40,623 nt of DNA from an uncultured bacterium. GTDB taxonomy: Bacteria; Chloroflexota; Limnocylindria; QHBO01. Positions 8,936-18,366 of this stretch are shown in pieces (positions within the stretch are counted from its first letter, which is position 1; each line of letters begins with the position of its first letter). The notes beneath the pieces were generated by a model. The model did no database searches and had not been told where the DNA came from. It worked only from the letters and a program-made list of their open reading frames with translations. The DNA lies in the NCBI GenBank assembly GCA_965651545.1, contig CBFGSY010000003.1:1-40623 (forward strand). The letters run 5' to 3'. The translations under genes and the position numbers were made by a program.

Positions 8936-9880
8936 ATGCAGCGAGATCGCCTTCGAATCGGGCTCATCGGGTGGGGAACGATGGGCCAGGCGCTCGGCGA
9001 GCTGGTGGCGACGGGCCCGCTGCCCATTGAGCTGCTTCGCGTCGCGGTGCGCGATTCTGGGCGGGCGCGGGCGACCGCGCCGCCACCCGGCGTCGACATC
9101 GGTCCCGTGGAGGACCTTCTGGCGGACGACCGGCTGGATGCCGTCGTGGAGCTGGCAGGCGGGATCGATGCGCCGCTCGGCTGGGCGCGCGCGACCCTGG
9201 GGCGCGGACGATCCTATGTGACCGGCAACAAGGCGCTGCTGGCCACGCATGGCGGTGAGCTGGCCGATCTGGCCACGCGCTCCGGGGCGGCGCTCATGGC
9301 ATCGGCCAGTGTCGGTGGCGGCACGCCCATGATCGAGATGGTCGAGCACCTTGCGGCCAGCGGCCGCGTTGCGTCGTTGCGTGGCCTGCTGAATGCGACC
9401 ACCACCTACATCCTTGCGGCCATGGGCGAGGGCAGCACCTACGACGACGCGCTGGCTGCCGCCCAAAGGGCTGGCTACGCGGAGCCCGACCCCTCCTTCG
9501 ACGTGGAGGGACGCGACGCGGCCCAGAAGATCGCGATCTTGGCATCGGTCGCCTGGGGCCGATGGTTGCCCGAGCACGAGGTTGCGACGCGGGGTATCGT
9601 CGGCGTCCACGTCACCCCAGGCGAGACTCGACGCCTGCTGGCGGTGGCGAACGAACGCGAGATGAGAGTGGAACCGATGGAGCTGCAGCCCGGCGACGCG
9701 ATGGCCGCCGTATCGGGCATCACCTGCCTACTGGAGGTCACCTCGAGCGATGGCTCCGTCTTCCGCCTGTCCGGTCCCGGCGCCGGCGGCCCGGCCAGCG
9801 TTGGCGCCACCTACGCCGATCTCGCGCGTCTGCTGGCCGGCGAGCGTCCGATCCTGTTCGCGCCGCTGAGCGCGTCATGA
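8936..9880 (+). CDS. hom: Homoserine dehydrogenase, no C-terminal ACT domain
   Basis: IGLIGWGTMG, VTGNKALLA, ASVGGGTP, GLLNATTTYIL, GYAEPDPSFDVEGRDAAQK, GPGAGG. Confidence 0.9.
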   Translation: MQRDRLRIGLIGWGTMGQALGELVATGPLPIELLRVAVRDSGRARATAPPPGVDIGPVEDLLADDRLDAVVELAGGIDAPLGWARATLGRGRSYVTGNKALLATHGGELADLATRSGAALMASASVGGGTPMIEMVEHLAASGRVASLRGLLNATTTYILAAMGEGSTYDDALAAAQRAGYAEPDPSFDVEGRDAAQKIAILASVAWGRWLPEHEVATRGIVGVHVTPGETRRLLAVANEREMRVEPMELQPGDAMAAVSGITCLLEVTSSDGSVFRLSGPGAGGPASVGATYADLARLLAGERPILFAPLSAS

Positions 9881-10905
9881 GCGACTGGCCCGTTGTCGGC
9901 GTTGCCGGCGCCCGGGGCGTGGTCGGCGGCGTCTTCCTCTCCATCCTGGCCGATGCCGGCCTGCCGGCCGGCTCGCTGCGCGCTTTCGGGTCGGAGGAGC
10001 GAACGGTCGCCTACGACGACGCATCGGTGCCCGTGCGGCGACTCGACGACGCGGCCGCGGCTGAGCTCGACCTGCTGTTCCTGGCCACCGATGGCGCCAC
10101 CTCGCGAGAGATCGTTGAGGGGCCGGGTCGGGTGGTTCCGCTGATCGTGGACAACTCGAGCGCCTACCGCCTCGACCCGCAGGTCCCGCTGGTCGTGCCC
10201 GAGGCGAATGGCAGCGCGCTGGCCAGCCGCGTACGCAACGTCGTCGCTAACCCGAACTGCACCACCGCGGCGGCGGTGGTGGCGCTCGCCCCGATCCGCG
10301 ACCTGGCCGGCCTGGAGTCGGTCGACCTTGCCTCCTACCAGGCGGTCAGTGGCGCCGGCCGGGCGGGGCTGGACGCCTATGAAACGGAGCGCGCCGCCAG
10401 TGGAGTGGCGGCCGCGGAGGGGAGTCCCTTCCACGGCCGGATCGCGGACAACGTGGTGCCGCAGATCGACGTTCTCGATGACGAGGGCTGGACCGGCGAG
10501 GAGCGCAAGATCATGGCGGAGCTGCGCAAGATCCTGGAGCTGCCGGACCTCGACGTGACGGCGACGGCGGTGCGTGTGCCGGTCCACACCGGTCACTCGG
10601 TGGCGCTGCACATCCGGACGAAGCGCGACGTGCCGCTGAGGTCCGTCATGGAGGCGCTGGCATCGGCCCCTGGCGTCGAGTACCGCCACGCGACCGGCAG
10701 CAACCGGCACCCGATGCCGCTGGACGTGGTCGGGCGCGATCCGGTGCTCGTCGGCCGGCTGCGCGCCATCCCCGGCCGCGAGCGGGGCATCGCGCTGTTC
10801 CTGACCTCGGACAACCTGCGCAAGGGAGCTGCGCTGAACGCGATCCAGGTGGCCGCCTGCGCCGACCAGGAGCGCTTCGGTCGGCTCGTTCCACCGGGGC
10901 GTTAG
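9877..10905 (+). CDS. asd: Aspartate-semialdehyde dehydrogenase
   Basis: GVAGARGVVG, DNSSAYRL..VPLVVPEAN, ANPNCTT, YQAVSGAG, RVPVHTGHS, DNLRKGAALNAIQ. ATGA overlap with hom. Confidence 0.93.
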   Translation: MSDWPVVGVAGARGVVGGVFLSILADAGLPAGSLRAFGSEERTVAYDDASVPVRRLDDAAAAELDLLFLATDGATSREIVEGPGRVVPLIVDNSSAYRLDPQVPLVVPEANGSALASRVRNVVANPNCTTAAAVVALAPIRDLAGLESVDLASYQAVSGAGRAGLDAYETERAASGVAAAEGSPFHGRIADNVVPQIDVLDDEGWTGEERKIMAELRKILELPDLDVTATAVRVPVHTGHSVALHIRTKRDVPLRSVMEALASAPGVEYRHATGSNRHPMPLDVVGRDPVLVGRLRAIPGRERGIALFLTSDNLRKGAALNAIQVAACADQERFGRLVPPGR

Positions 10906-10999
10906 AGCTGGGTCCGGGTCGGAGGGGTACCATCGGGTCTACCGTTACACCCCTCGTGGCGGTGGGCGGCCGGGGAACCCTCTAGTAGGAGATCGTGCG

Positions 11000-12643
11000 G
11001 TGTCCTTCCCGCAGCTTGTCCGCGACTTCCTGGCGGAGCAGTACGCGGAGCATCCGGTTCGGTCCAGCGGCATGGGCCTGACCGAGTTCGACGAGCAGCT
11101 CGACGACATGTCCGGCGACGCTTTCGAGCGCCGCGCGACGGCCGCCAAGGCCTGGCGCAGCCAGTTCGCCGCCTTCACCGACGAGGAGCTCAGCTTCGAC
11201 GAGGCCATCGACCGCGACCTGATCGTGGGCAGCCTGGCCGAGCAGTCGATCTATGACGATTGGCGGGTCTGGGAGCGCCATCCGGACACGTACCTCAACC
11301 CGGGCATGCGCGGCGTCTTCGTCCTCTTCCTGCACCAGCTGCGCCCCGAGCGGGAACTTGCTGCATCGGCCGCCGCCCGGCTGCGGCAGGTGCCCGACAC
11401 GCTCGCTGCCGGCCGTGCCAACCTCCGTCCCGCGCTGGTGCCCGATATCCTGCTGGATCGGGCCATCAACCAGGCGCGCGCCGGCGCGCACTACACGCGC
11501 GAGCTGCTGCCGGGGCAGGTGGCCGAGGAGAACCGCGCTGAGCTGGCCGAGGCCGGTGCCGTGGCCGGCGACGCGTACGAGCGCTATGCCGACTTCCTGG
11601 AATCGCTGCGCCCGCAGGCCAACGGCGACTGGTCCTTCGGCGAGGAGCGCTACAACGCCGTCCTGCGCGACGCGGAGATGCTCACCTTAGATGCCCGGGC
11701 CCTGCGCGAGCGCGGCCGCCAGCAGCTCGACGAGCTGACCGGTCAGCTTCGATCAACCGCCAAGGAGATCGGGGGCTCGGAGGATTGGCATGCCCTGGTG
11801 CTGGAGCTGAACAAGGACCGACCGGCAACCCCGGAGGACATGCGCCGCGGCTACGAGGAGTGGACCGAGCGCGCCCGCGGCTTCCTCGCCGATCGGGGGT
11901 TGGTCAGCTTCCCGGCCGGTGAAGAGTGCGACGTGGTGCCGTCGCCGCCGTTCCAGCGCCCGGTGCTGGCCGTCGCTTCGTACATCGCCCCGCCCAGCTT
12001 CGCCGAGACGATGCGTGGCCATTTCTTCGTGCCCTACCCGCCGGATGGCGCCAGCGACGATGAGATCGGCAAGCGCCTGGAGTCGAATGCCTATCCGGCC
12101 ATCCCGACCACTGCCGTGCACGAGGCCTACCCCGGCCACCACTGGCACCTGGTCATGGCGAAGGGCAATCCCTCGCACGTCCGACAGCTGTTCGGCACCA
12201 GCTACTTCGCCGAGGGCTGGGCGCTCTACGCCGAGCGCATGATGGAGGAGAACGGCTTCTACGACGACCTGCGCCACGTGATGTACCGCTACGAGGCCAC
12301 CCTCTTCCGGGCGGCCCGCATCGTGGCCGACACCAGCCTGCACCTGGGTGAGATGACCCACCGTGAGGCGGTCGACTTCATGCTTGCCAACTCGTCCATG
12401 ACCGAGCCGACCGCGGTGGCCGAGGTGACGCGCTACTGCTCGTGGCCGACCCAGGCCAGCTCGTACCTCACCGGCTGCCTGGAGATCCTGCGCATCCGGG
12501 ACCGATACCTCTCGGCTCGCGAGACCGATGCCTCCGACGTGGCAGCCCTGCGCGATTTCCACGACGTGATCACCGCATCCGGCACGCTGCCCATCGCCCT
12601 CGCCGAGCGGGCGGTGATGGCGTCGCTGCCAGGAGCTTCATGA
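11000..12643 (+). CDS. DUF885 family protein (putative Zn metallopeptidase), copy 1
   Basis: HEAYPGHH, FAEGWALYAE, RIVADTSLH, EVTRY..PTQASSY. SD AGGAG upstream. Confidence 0.9.
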   Translation: MSFPQLVRDFLAEQYAEHPVRSSGMGLTEFDEQLDDMSGDAFERRATAAKAWRSQFAAFTDEELSFDEAIDRDLIVGSLAEQSIYDDWRVWERHPDTYLNPGMRGVFVLFLHQLRPERELAASAAARLRQVPDTLAAGRANLRPALVPDILLDRAINQARAGAHYTRELLPGQVAEENRAELAEAGAVAGDAYERYADFLESLRPQANGDWSFGEERYNAVLRDAEMLTLDARALRERGRQQLDELTGQLRSTAKEIGGSEDWHALVLELNKDRPATPEDMRRGYEEWTERARGFLADRGLVSFPAGEECDVVPSPPFQRPVLAVASYIAPPSFAETMRGHFFVPYPPDGASDDEIGKRLESNAYPAIPTTAVHEAYPGHHWHLVMAKGNPSHVRQLFGTSYFAEGWALYAERMMEENGFYDDLRHVMYRYEATLFRAARIVADTSLHLGEMTHREAVDFMLANSSMTEPTAVAEVTRYCSWPTQASSYLTGCLEILRIRDRYLSARETDASDVAALRDFHDVITASGTLPIALAERAVMASLPGAS

Positions 12644-14325
12644 CCGCTGTCGCCTCCGATCTCGATCGCCTGGCCGATGCCTACTGGCTGGCGGTGCTCG
12701 AAGCCGATCCGTTGGAGGCGACGGCTCTCGGCGAGCGCGGATATGACGACCGGCTGCCGGACATCTCGCCGCAGGGTCGCGCAGCATCCATCGGCCGATT
12801 CGAGGAGATCCTCCGCGCGGCCGCCCTACAGGCTGAGCCCTCCGACCCGGAGCAGCGGCTGACGCTCGCCTGCCTGCGCCAATCGGGGGCGGCGACGCTG
12901 GCATTCCTGCGAGCCGACGCGGACGCCTACACCGTGGACACTACCTGGGGACTGCAGACGGCGATGCTGACGGCGACCAGCTACCAGCCGTTGCGCGACG
13001 CGGCTGACGGCCACTCCATGGTTGCCCGCTGGGCGGCGATGGCGCCGACGCTCGACCAGATGGCAGCCAACCTGCGACGGGGGATGGAGGACCGACGCCC
13101 GCCAATCCGCACCTCGGCCGAGCGCGTCGTCGAACAGCTGACCGATCTACTGGCCACGCCCGATGCGCAGGGACCGCTGCTGGCGCCACTCAAGGCAGGT
13201 CCTGGGTCCCGCTGGGCTCCAGATGACTGGCGGCGTTTCGCGACCGAGCTCGAAGTGGTCGTCGGCGGGAGGGTGCGCCCGGCGGTCGAGCGATTCCTGG
13301 CCTTCCTGTTAGACGACGTTCTGCCGCGGGCGCGCGCCGACGACCAGGTCGGAATCGGCAGCCTGCCTGGCGGCGACGAGCTGTATCGGTCGCTGGTCAA
13401 GGCCCATACCACTACCGACCTGGAGCCGGACGCGGTTCATGCGCTGGGCCTGCGCGAGGTCGAGCGCATCGATGCCGAGACAGCGGAGCTCGGCAGTCGA
13501 GTACTGCGCGCGACCTCGCTGCGCGAAGTGCACGAGGCGCTCCGAGCGGATCCAGCGCTGCACTTTCAGAACGGGGAGCAGATCGAAGAGATCGCCCGCA
13601 CATCACTCGCTCGCGCCCAGGCCGCGACGGCGCACTGGTTCGGCCGCCTTCCCGTCACGCCGTGCGAGGTGGCGCGCATGCTGCCTCACGAGGAGAAGCA
13701 CTCGACGGTCGCCTACTACCGCCCGCCCGCCGCCGACGGCAGCCGACCTGGGCGCTACTACATCAACACCTCCGAACCGGCCACCCGTCCGCGGTATGAA
13801 GCTGAGGCGCTCGCCTTCCACGAGGCGGTGCCGGGGCACCACTTGCAGACGGCGCTGGGCCAGGAGCTGACCGCGTTGCCGGCCTTCCGGCGCCACGCGG
13901 GCACCACTGCCTACGTCGAGGGCTGGGGCCTGTACAGCGAACGCCTGGCCAACGAGATGGGCCTCTACTCCGGCGAGACCGACCTCCTGGGCATGCTCTC
14001 GTACGACTCGTGGCGCGCGTGCCGGCTGGTGGTCGACACCGGGATGCATGCCATGGGCTGGTCGCGCCAGCAGGCCATCGGCTTCATGACCGATCACTCC
14101 GCGCTGGCGACCAACAACATCGCCAACGAGGTTGACCGCTACATCGGCCGGCCCGGCCAGGCACTGGCCTACAAGGTCGGCCAGCTGGAGATGCTGCGGC
14201 TACGGTCGGAGACACAGCAGCGCTTGGGAGCAGCCTTCGATATCCGCCGCTTCCATGATGCGGTGCTCACCCACGGCGCACTGCCGCTCACCACGCTGGC
14301 CGAGTCGCTGGCAGCCGACCTGTAA
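12640..14325 (+). CDS. DUF885 family protein (putative Zn metallopeptidase), copy 2
   Basis: [51 protein letters not shown] overlap with copy 1. Confidence 0.92.
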   Translation: MTAVASDLDRLADAYWLAVLEADPLEATALGERGYDDRLPDISPQGRAASIGRFEEILRAAALQAEPSDPEQRLTLACLRQSGAATLAFLRADADAYTVDTTWGLQTAMLTATSYQPLRDAADGHSMVARWAAMAPTLDQMAANLRRGMEDRRPPIRTSAERVVEQLTDLLATPDAQGPLLAPLKAGPGSRWAPDDWRRFATELEVVVGGRVRPAVERFLAFLLDDVLPRARADDQVGIGSLPGGDELYRSLVKAHTTTDLEPDAVHALGLREVERIDAETAELGSRVLRATSLREVHEALRADPALHFQNGEQIEEIARTSLARAQAATAHWFGRLPVTPCEVARMLPHEEKHSTVAYYRPPAADGSRPGRYYINTSEPATRPRYEAEALAFHEAVPGHHLQTALGQELTALPAFRRHAGTTAYVEGWGLYSERLANEMGLYSGETDLLGMLSYDSWRACRLVVDTGMHAMGWSRQQAIGFMTDHSALATNNIANEVDRYIGRPGQALAYKVGQLEMLRLRSETQQRLGAAFDIRRFHDAVLTHGALPLTTLAESLAADL

Positions 14326-14335
14326 TCGGGCGGGG

Positions 14336-15922
14336 TCAATCGCGCGGATAGCGCTTCAGTTCCCACCAGTGCTGGTAGTCGCGCGATAGGTAGGTCACAT
14401 CCGGCAGCAGCGGCAGGCCGGCGTCGAAGTAGGCGTTGAACAGGATGCGGAACTGGTTCACCGGGCTGACCGAATCGTGGAATCCGTGCGCGGCGGCATC
14501 CACGCCCGGGTAGCGAACGGCGTTGAGGATCCCGTACTTCTCCTGGATCTCCTCGTCGGTCGCCTCGAACCATTGGAAGCCACCCTGCTGGACCTGGAAG
14601 CGGTACGGGAACGGGCCCTCATCGGCCTGGAGAACGATGATCGGGTCGGTCTCGGCATTTGACTCCAGGATGCGGTCGATGGCAGCCAGCATGCGCTGGT
14701 TCGCCCACGTCAGCTGGGCGAGGTATTCGTCCACATAACCCCGCTCGCGGGCCTCCTCCGGCGTTGGCAGGGAGCCATCGGCGTCGAAAACATAGGGATC
14801 GTGGGGAACGAGCAGGTGCGCGAACACGTAGGTCGGGCCCGGCCGCCCGGCGCTTTCCTCCAAACGGTCGAAGGCGTACAGCGTCGTCGAGCGGGCGAGA
14901 TCGAACTCGGCGGTCGCCTCCTCGTCATTGAAGGCTGTCTGCTCCGCCTCGGACGCGAAGAGCGTCATCAGGGTCGTGGCCCACAGCGCAGTCGAGAACT
15001 CGGCGTAGTCCTGGAAGCGCAGGGCAACGTCGGCGTCCACGTTGCGGGCCGTCGGCTCCCAGTAGTTGCCGATGTGCACGTAGCCGTAGCCCAGCCGCTT
15101 CAGGGCGGCCGGCACCGCCAGGTGATTGCCAAGCGCGGCGTACACCTTGCCGAATTCATCGCCTGGTGTGCCGCGCAACTGGGCCATGTCGAGGTAGTCC
15201 ATGCTCAGCGAGCTCGCGAGCGAGGGGGCCGTCTTGAAGTAATTCGCCCGACTCTCTCGCGCGACGGTGAAGCCTCGCCGTTCGAGCTCGCGGAGGAAAG
15301 GCTCGTTGTCGAATTCGTAGAGGCTGGCCAACGTCTCCGAGGACGCGTAGCGGTCCAGGATGATGTAGTAGATGTCCCGCTTCTCGGCGGGAGCGACCAG
15401 CGACACCTCTTCGCTGCCCGTCAGGGCACGTGCCGCGTTCGGCTGCGACGCGTAGGTCGCCACCCGGTATCCATTCAGGGCGAGCAGCAGGAGCGCGGCC
15501 AGGTTCAGGAAGCTCCCTGCCGTCAGCGCCCATCGGCCTCCGCGCCAGTGACGGGCCAGCCAGATGAGCGCCAGCCCCCCGAGGGCGAGGGCGAGCCAGA
15601 TCGCCGCCAGCAACCACGCACCCGGCAGGAAGCCGGCGACCGACCGCCAGACGTGCCCGAACGAGAAGAAGAGGATCAGCAGCCAACTCGCCAGCACGGC
15701 GCCCAGATGCCAGCGACGAAGCAGCAACGCGCAGCCAAGCAGCGTTCCCGCTCCGATGGCCAGGCTCAGCCCCAGCGGCGCCCAGAGCGGGGCAAGGGTG
15801 AGCTGCTGCTCGACGTTCTCGGCAAACAGGAAGAGCACGGGCACCGCCGCCACCATGACCGGGTGTAACGGCACCGACGTCCAATCGGCCCTGGAGCCAC
15901 GATTGCCGGCGGCGGTTAACAT
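14336..15922 (-). CDS. Multi-TM membrane protein with C-terminal alkaline-phosphatase-superfamily domain (LtaS/EptA-like, Thr nucleophile; NoeB-like)
   Basis: About 5 N-terminal TM helices, then DIYYIILDRY, SRANYFKTAPSLAS, HLLVPHDPY and IVLQADEG. ATG 15922 lies 7 nt after TAGTGT. Confidence 0.8.
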   Translation of the reverse strand: MLTAAGNRGSRADWTSVPLHPVMVAAVPVLFLFAENVEQQLTLAPLWAPLGLSLAIGAGTLLGCALLLRRWHLGAVLASWLLILFFSFGHVWRSVAGFLPGAWLLAAIWLALALGGLALIWLARHWRGGRWALTAGSFLNLAALLLLALNGYRVATYASQPNAARALTGSEEVSLVAPAEKRDIYYIILDRYASSETLASLYEFDNEPFLRELERRGFTVARESRANYFKTAPSLASSLSMDYLDMAQLRGTPGDEFGKVYAALGNHLAVPAALKRLGYGYVHIGNYWEPTARNVDADVALRFQDYAEFSTALWATTLMTLFASEAEQTAFNDEEATAEFDLARSTTLYAFDRLEESAGRPGPTYVFAHLLVPHDPYVFDADGSLPTPEEARERGYVDEYLAQLTWANQRMLAAIDRILESNAETDPIIVLQADEGPFPYRFQVQQGGFQWFEATDEEIQEKYGILNAVRYPGVDAAAHGFHDSVSPVNQFRILFNAYFDAGLPLLPDVTYLSRDYQHWWELKRYPRD

Positions 15923-15956
15923 CGCCACCACACTACGTTAAGGGTGGACAGGCGGC

Positions 15957-16139
15957 ATGGGCGTGCTGGCTTACATCGATCCGGGCTCCGGAAGCCTGCT
16001 GCTGCAGGCGCTTCTGGCCGCCCTCCTGTCCATCCCGTTCCTGTTCCGCCGCGCTATCGGCGGTGCGGTCCAGCGTCTGCGAGGTGGGTCGAAACGATCC
16101 GGAACCGACGCGGACGGCTCCCAGCCGTCGGAGCACTGA
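15957..16139 (+). CDS. Small membrane protein with AYIDPGSGS motif
   Basis: 60 aa: MGVLAYIDPGSGS, then a hydrophobic helix LLLQALLAALLSIPFLF and a basic tail. Its stop overlaps the next gene. Confidence 0.8.
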   Translation: MGVLAYIDPGSGSLLLQALLAALLSIPFLFRRAIGGAVQRLRGGSKRSGTDADGSQPSEH

Positions 16140-17521
16140 CCCAGCCATCGCTCGACCCGGCCTCGTTCCGGGATCCGAGCGGTCAGGTCTTTCGCCGCGA
16201 CGACGTCCTGCATCGCCAGGTCAACCAGGCCGGCGCCGCTGACTGGGACGCGTTCAACGCGAGCGGATTAGCCGATGCGCTGGTGGCCGATCGGCTCATG
16301 GTCGAGCACGAGGCGGTCGACATCGGCCAGGCTGCCAGCCCGGGCGCGGTGGCCGTCATTCGACCGCGCGAGCTGCCGCTCATCTCATACCCGTACGAGT
16401 GGTGCTTCAGCCAGCTGCGCGAGGCGGCCCTGCTGACCCTGGAGCTGCAGCGCCGAGCGCTCGAGGTCGGGATGCGGCTAAAGGACGCCAGCGCCTACAA
16501 CATCCAGCTCGACGCCGGCCGCCCCATCCTGATCGACACCCTCTCATTCGAGGCCGGCAACCCGACCGAGCCGTGGCCCGCCTACCGACAGTTCTGCGAG
16601 CACTTCCTGGCGCCGCTGGCCCTGGTCGCCTATCGCGACGCCCGCTGCGGCCTGATGCTGCGCGACTTCATCGACGGCATTCCCATCGATTTCGCGGCTC
16701 GCCTGCTGCCGTGGCGGACGCGGCTGCATGGAGGCCTGCTCGCGCACCTGCACCTGCACGCCGGCGCGCAGCGACGCAGCCAGGCGGCCGCTCCGACGGC
16801 TGCGCATCGGCGGCCGCGTGGTATGTCACGCACCGGCCAGGAGGCGATCCTGGACAGCCTGCGTCGCACCGTTGAGCGACTGCGCTGGCAGCCCGGCGGC
16901 CACTGGGTGCAGTACGGACAGCAGACCAGCTACAGCCAGGCGGGAGCCGAGTCGAAGCGCCGGATCGTAGAGCGCATGCTGGCCACCGCCGCTGGACACG
17001 TGGTCTGGGATCTCGGTGCCAACGTGGGCACCTACTCGACGGTGGCTGCCGGCGATGGGCGCCAGGTGATTGCCTTCGACCAGGACGCCAGCAGCGTTGA
17101 GCACCATTGGCGCACCCTGTCGGCCGAGGCCCGCGCATCGGTCCTGCCGTTGGTGATGGACCTGTCGAACCCGAGCCCGAGCCTGGGCTGGGCACTCGAG
17201 GAGCGGCGCTCAATGGTCGAGCGGGGACCGGCGGACGCGATCATGGCGCTGGCGCTGGTGCACCACCTTGCCATTGGCAACAACGTGCCGCTGGATCGCA
17301 TTGCCTCGTTCTTCGCTCGACTGGGCCGCCACGCCATCGTGGAGTTCGTGCCGAAGGGCGACCCGATGACCGATCACCTGCTGGCGGCTCGTCGCGACGT
17401 CTTTCCGGACTACACGATCGACGGATTCCGGGCCGCCTTCATGCGTCCATTCAGGATCGTCGAGGAGATGCCGATCGAGGACAGCCGGCGCACCCTCTTC
17501 CTGCTGGCGGCTCGCGCGTAG
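16136..17521 (+). CDS. NoeA-like protein: N-terminal kinase-like domain plus class I SAM-dependent methyltransferase
   Basis: SFRDPSG, ISYPYEW, LKDASAYNI, IDTLSFE, then VWDLGANVGTYS and LALVHHLAI. The start is inferred at CTG 16136, overlapping the upstream TGA. Confidence 0.85.
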   Translation: MTQPSLDPASFRDPSGQVFRRDDVLHRQVNQAGAADWDAFNASGLADALVADRLMVEHEAVDIGQAASPGAVAVIRPRELPLISYPYEWCFSQLREAALLTLELQRRALEVGMRLKDASAYNIQLDAGRPILIDTLSFEAGNPTEPWPAYRQFCEHFLAPLALVAYRDARCGLMLRDFIDGIPIDFAARLLPWRTRLHGGLLAHLHLHAGAQRRSQAAAPTAAHRRPRGMSRTGQEAILDSLRRTVERLRWQPGGHWVQYGQQTSYSQAGAESKRRIVERMLATAAGHVVWDLGANVGTYSTVAAGDGRQVIAFDQDASSVEHHWRTLSAEARASVLPLVMDLSNPSPSLGWALEERRSMVERGPADAIMALALVHHLAIGNNVPLDRIASFFARLGRHAIVEFVPKGDPMTDHLLAARRDVFPDYTIDGFRAAFMRPFRIVEEMPIEDSRRTLFLLAARA

Positions 17522-17601
17522 GGGGGCTTGCGCTGCCGGCGTATCCTTCATGGGCGCCCGGAGGGGCACCAGCGCACTTGCGGCCATCGCGAAGAAGCCA
17601 A

Positions 17602-17679
17602 GCCGGACCACGTAGGCGGCAACGCCGGATCACGTAGGCAAGCCGGATCACGTAGGCGGCAACGCCGGATCACGTAGGC
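17602..17679 (+). repeat. Four copies of 16-mer GCCGGA(C/T)CACGTAGGC (two 40-bp units), REP-like
   Basis: Copies at 17602, 17624, 17642 and 17664 with spacers GGCAAC / AA / GGCAAC. Confidence 0.9.
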
Positions 17680-17820
17680 GGATTCTCGAGGCGGCGGCGA
17701 GATTGCAGCGGAGCCACTCCGGGCGCACTGGTGCCCTGGACAAGATTGAAGTTCCATCGGTCCCTCCGCCCCATACCGTGTGAGCATCGGTCTGGAACCG
17801 ATGCCGTAAGCGGAAGTGGC

Positions 17821-18366
17821 ATGGACACCGACCTCGTGATATCGGCGCAGCACGGCGACAAGGAGGCGTTCACGAGCCTCGCTGCCGCCCGGGCCGATCG
17901 GTACCTGGCCGTGGCGCGCAGGATTCTGCGCGACCTGGCGCTCGCCGAGGATGCGACGCAGCAGGCGCTGCTGACCATCTGGCGAGACCTCCCGCAGCTG
18001 CGCGACCCGGCGCGCTTCGACGCCTGGTCGTACCGGCTCCTCGTGCGCGCCTGCTACGCCGAGGCACGCCGGGATCGAGCCTGGACGCCCAACCTCAAGC
18101 TCCTGCCGGCTGACGAGCCGGTCGAGGATTCGATGGGCTCGATCATCGATCGGGACCAGCTGGAGCGCGGGTTCCGACGGCTTTCCCTCGACCATCGAAC
18201 GGTGCTGGTTCTCCAGCACTACCTGGACCTGTCGCAGTCCGAGATCGCCGAGGTCATCGGTGTCCCGGTCGGCACGGTCGCCTCTCGAATTCATCACGCG
18301 ATGCGCGGATTGCGAGCCGCGCTCGATGCCGATGCCCGCCCGATGCACCGGAGGGCCGCGCAATGA
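17821..18366 (+). CDS. ECF sigma-70 family RNA polymerase sigma factor
   Basis: AQHGDKEAF, AEDATQQALL, FDAWSYRLL; region 4 EIAEVIGVPVGTVASRIHHA. Confidence 0.93.
   Translation: MDTDLVISAQHGDKEAFTSLAAARADRYLAVARRILRDLALAEDATQQALLTIWRDLPQLRDPARFDAWSYRLLVRACYAEARRDRAWTPNLKLLPADEPVEDSMGSIIDRDQLERGFRRLSLDHRTVLVLQHYLDLSQSEIAEVIGVPVGTVASRIHHAMRGLRAALDADARPMHRRAAQ

Noticed and set aside
10906-10999. Riboswitch or ncRNA upstream of the DUF885 pair
   Set aside because: Only a short GAGGGGT/ACCCCTC pairing and a TACCAT -10 candidate; no recognisable aptamer consensus.
14336-15922. Annotation as a true sulfatase
   Set aside because: It lacks the C/S-x-P-x-R formylglycine motif and has Thr at the nucleophile position.
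15944-16135. N-terminal extension of the methyltransferase ORF from GTG 15944
   Set aside because: It fully overlaps the YIDPGSGS peptide gene and has shadow-like composition.
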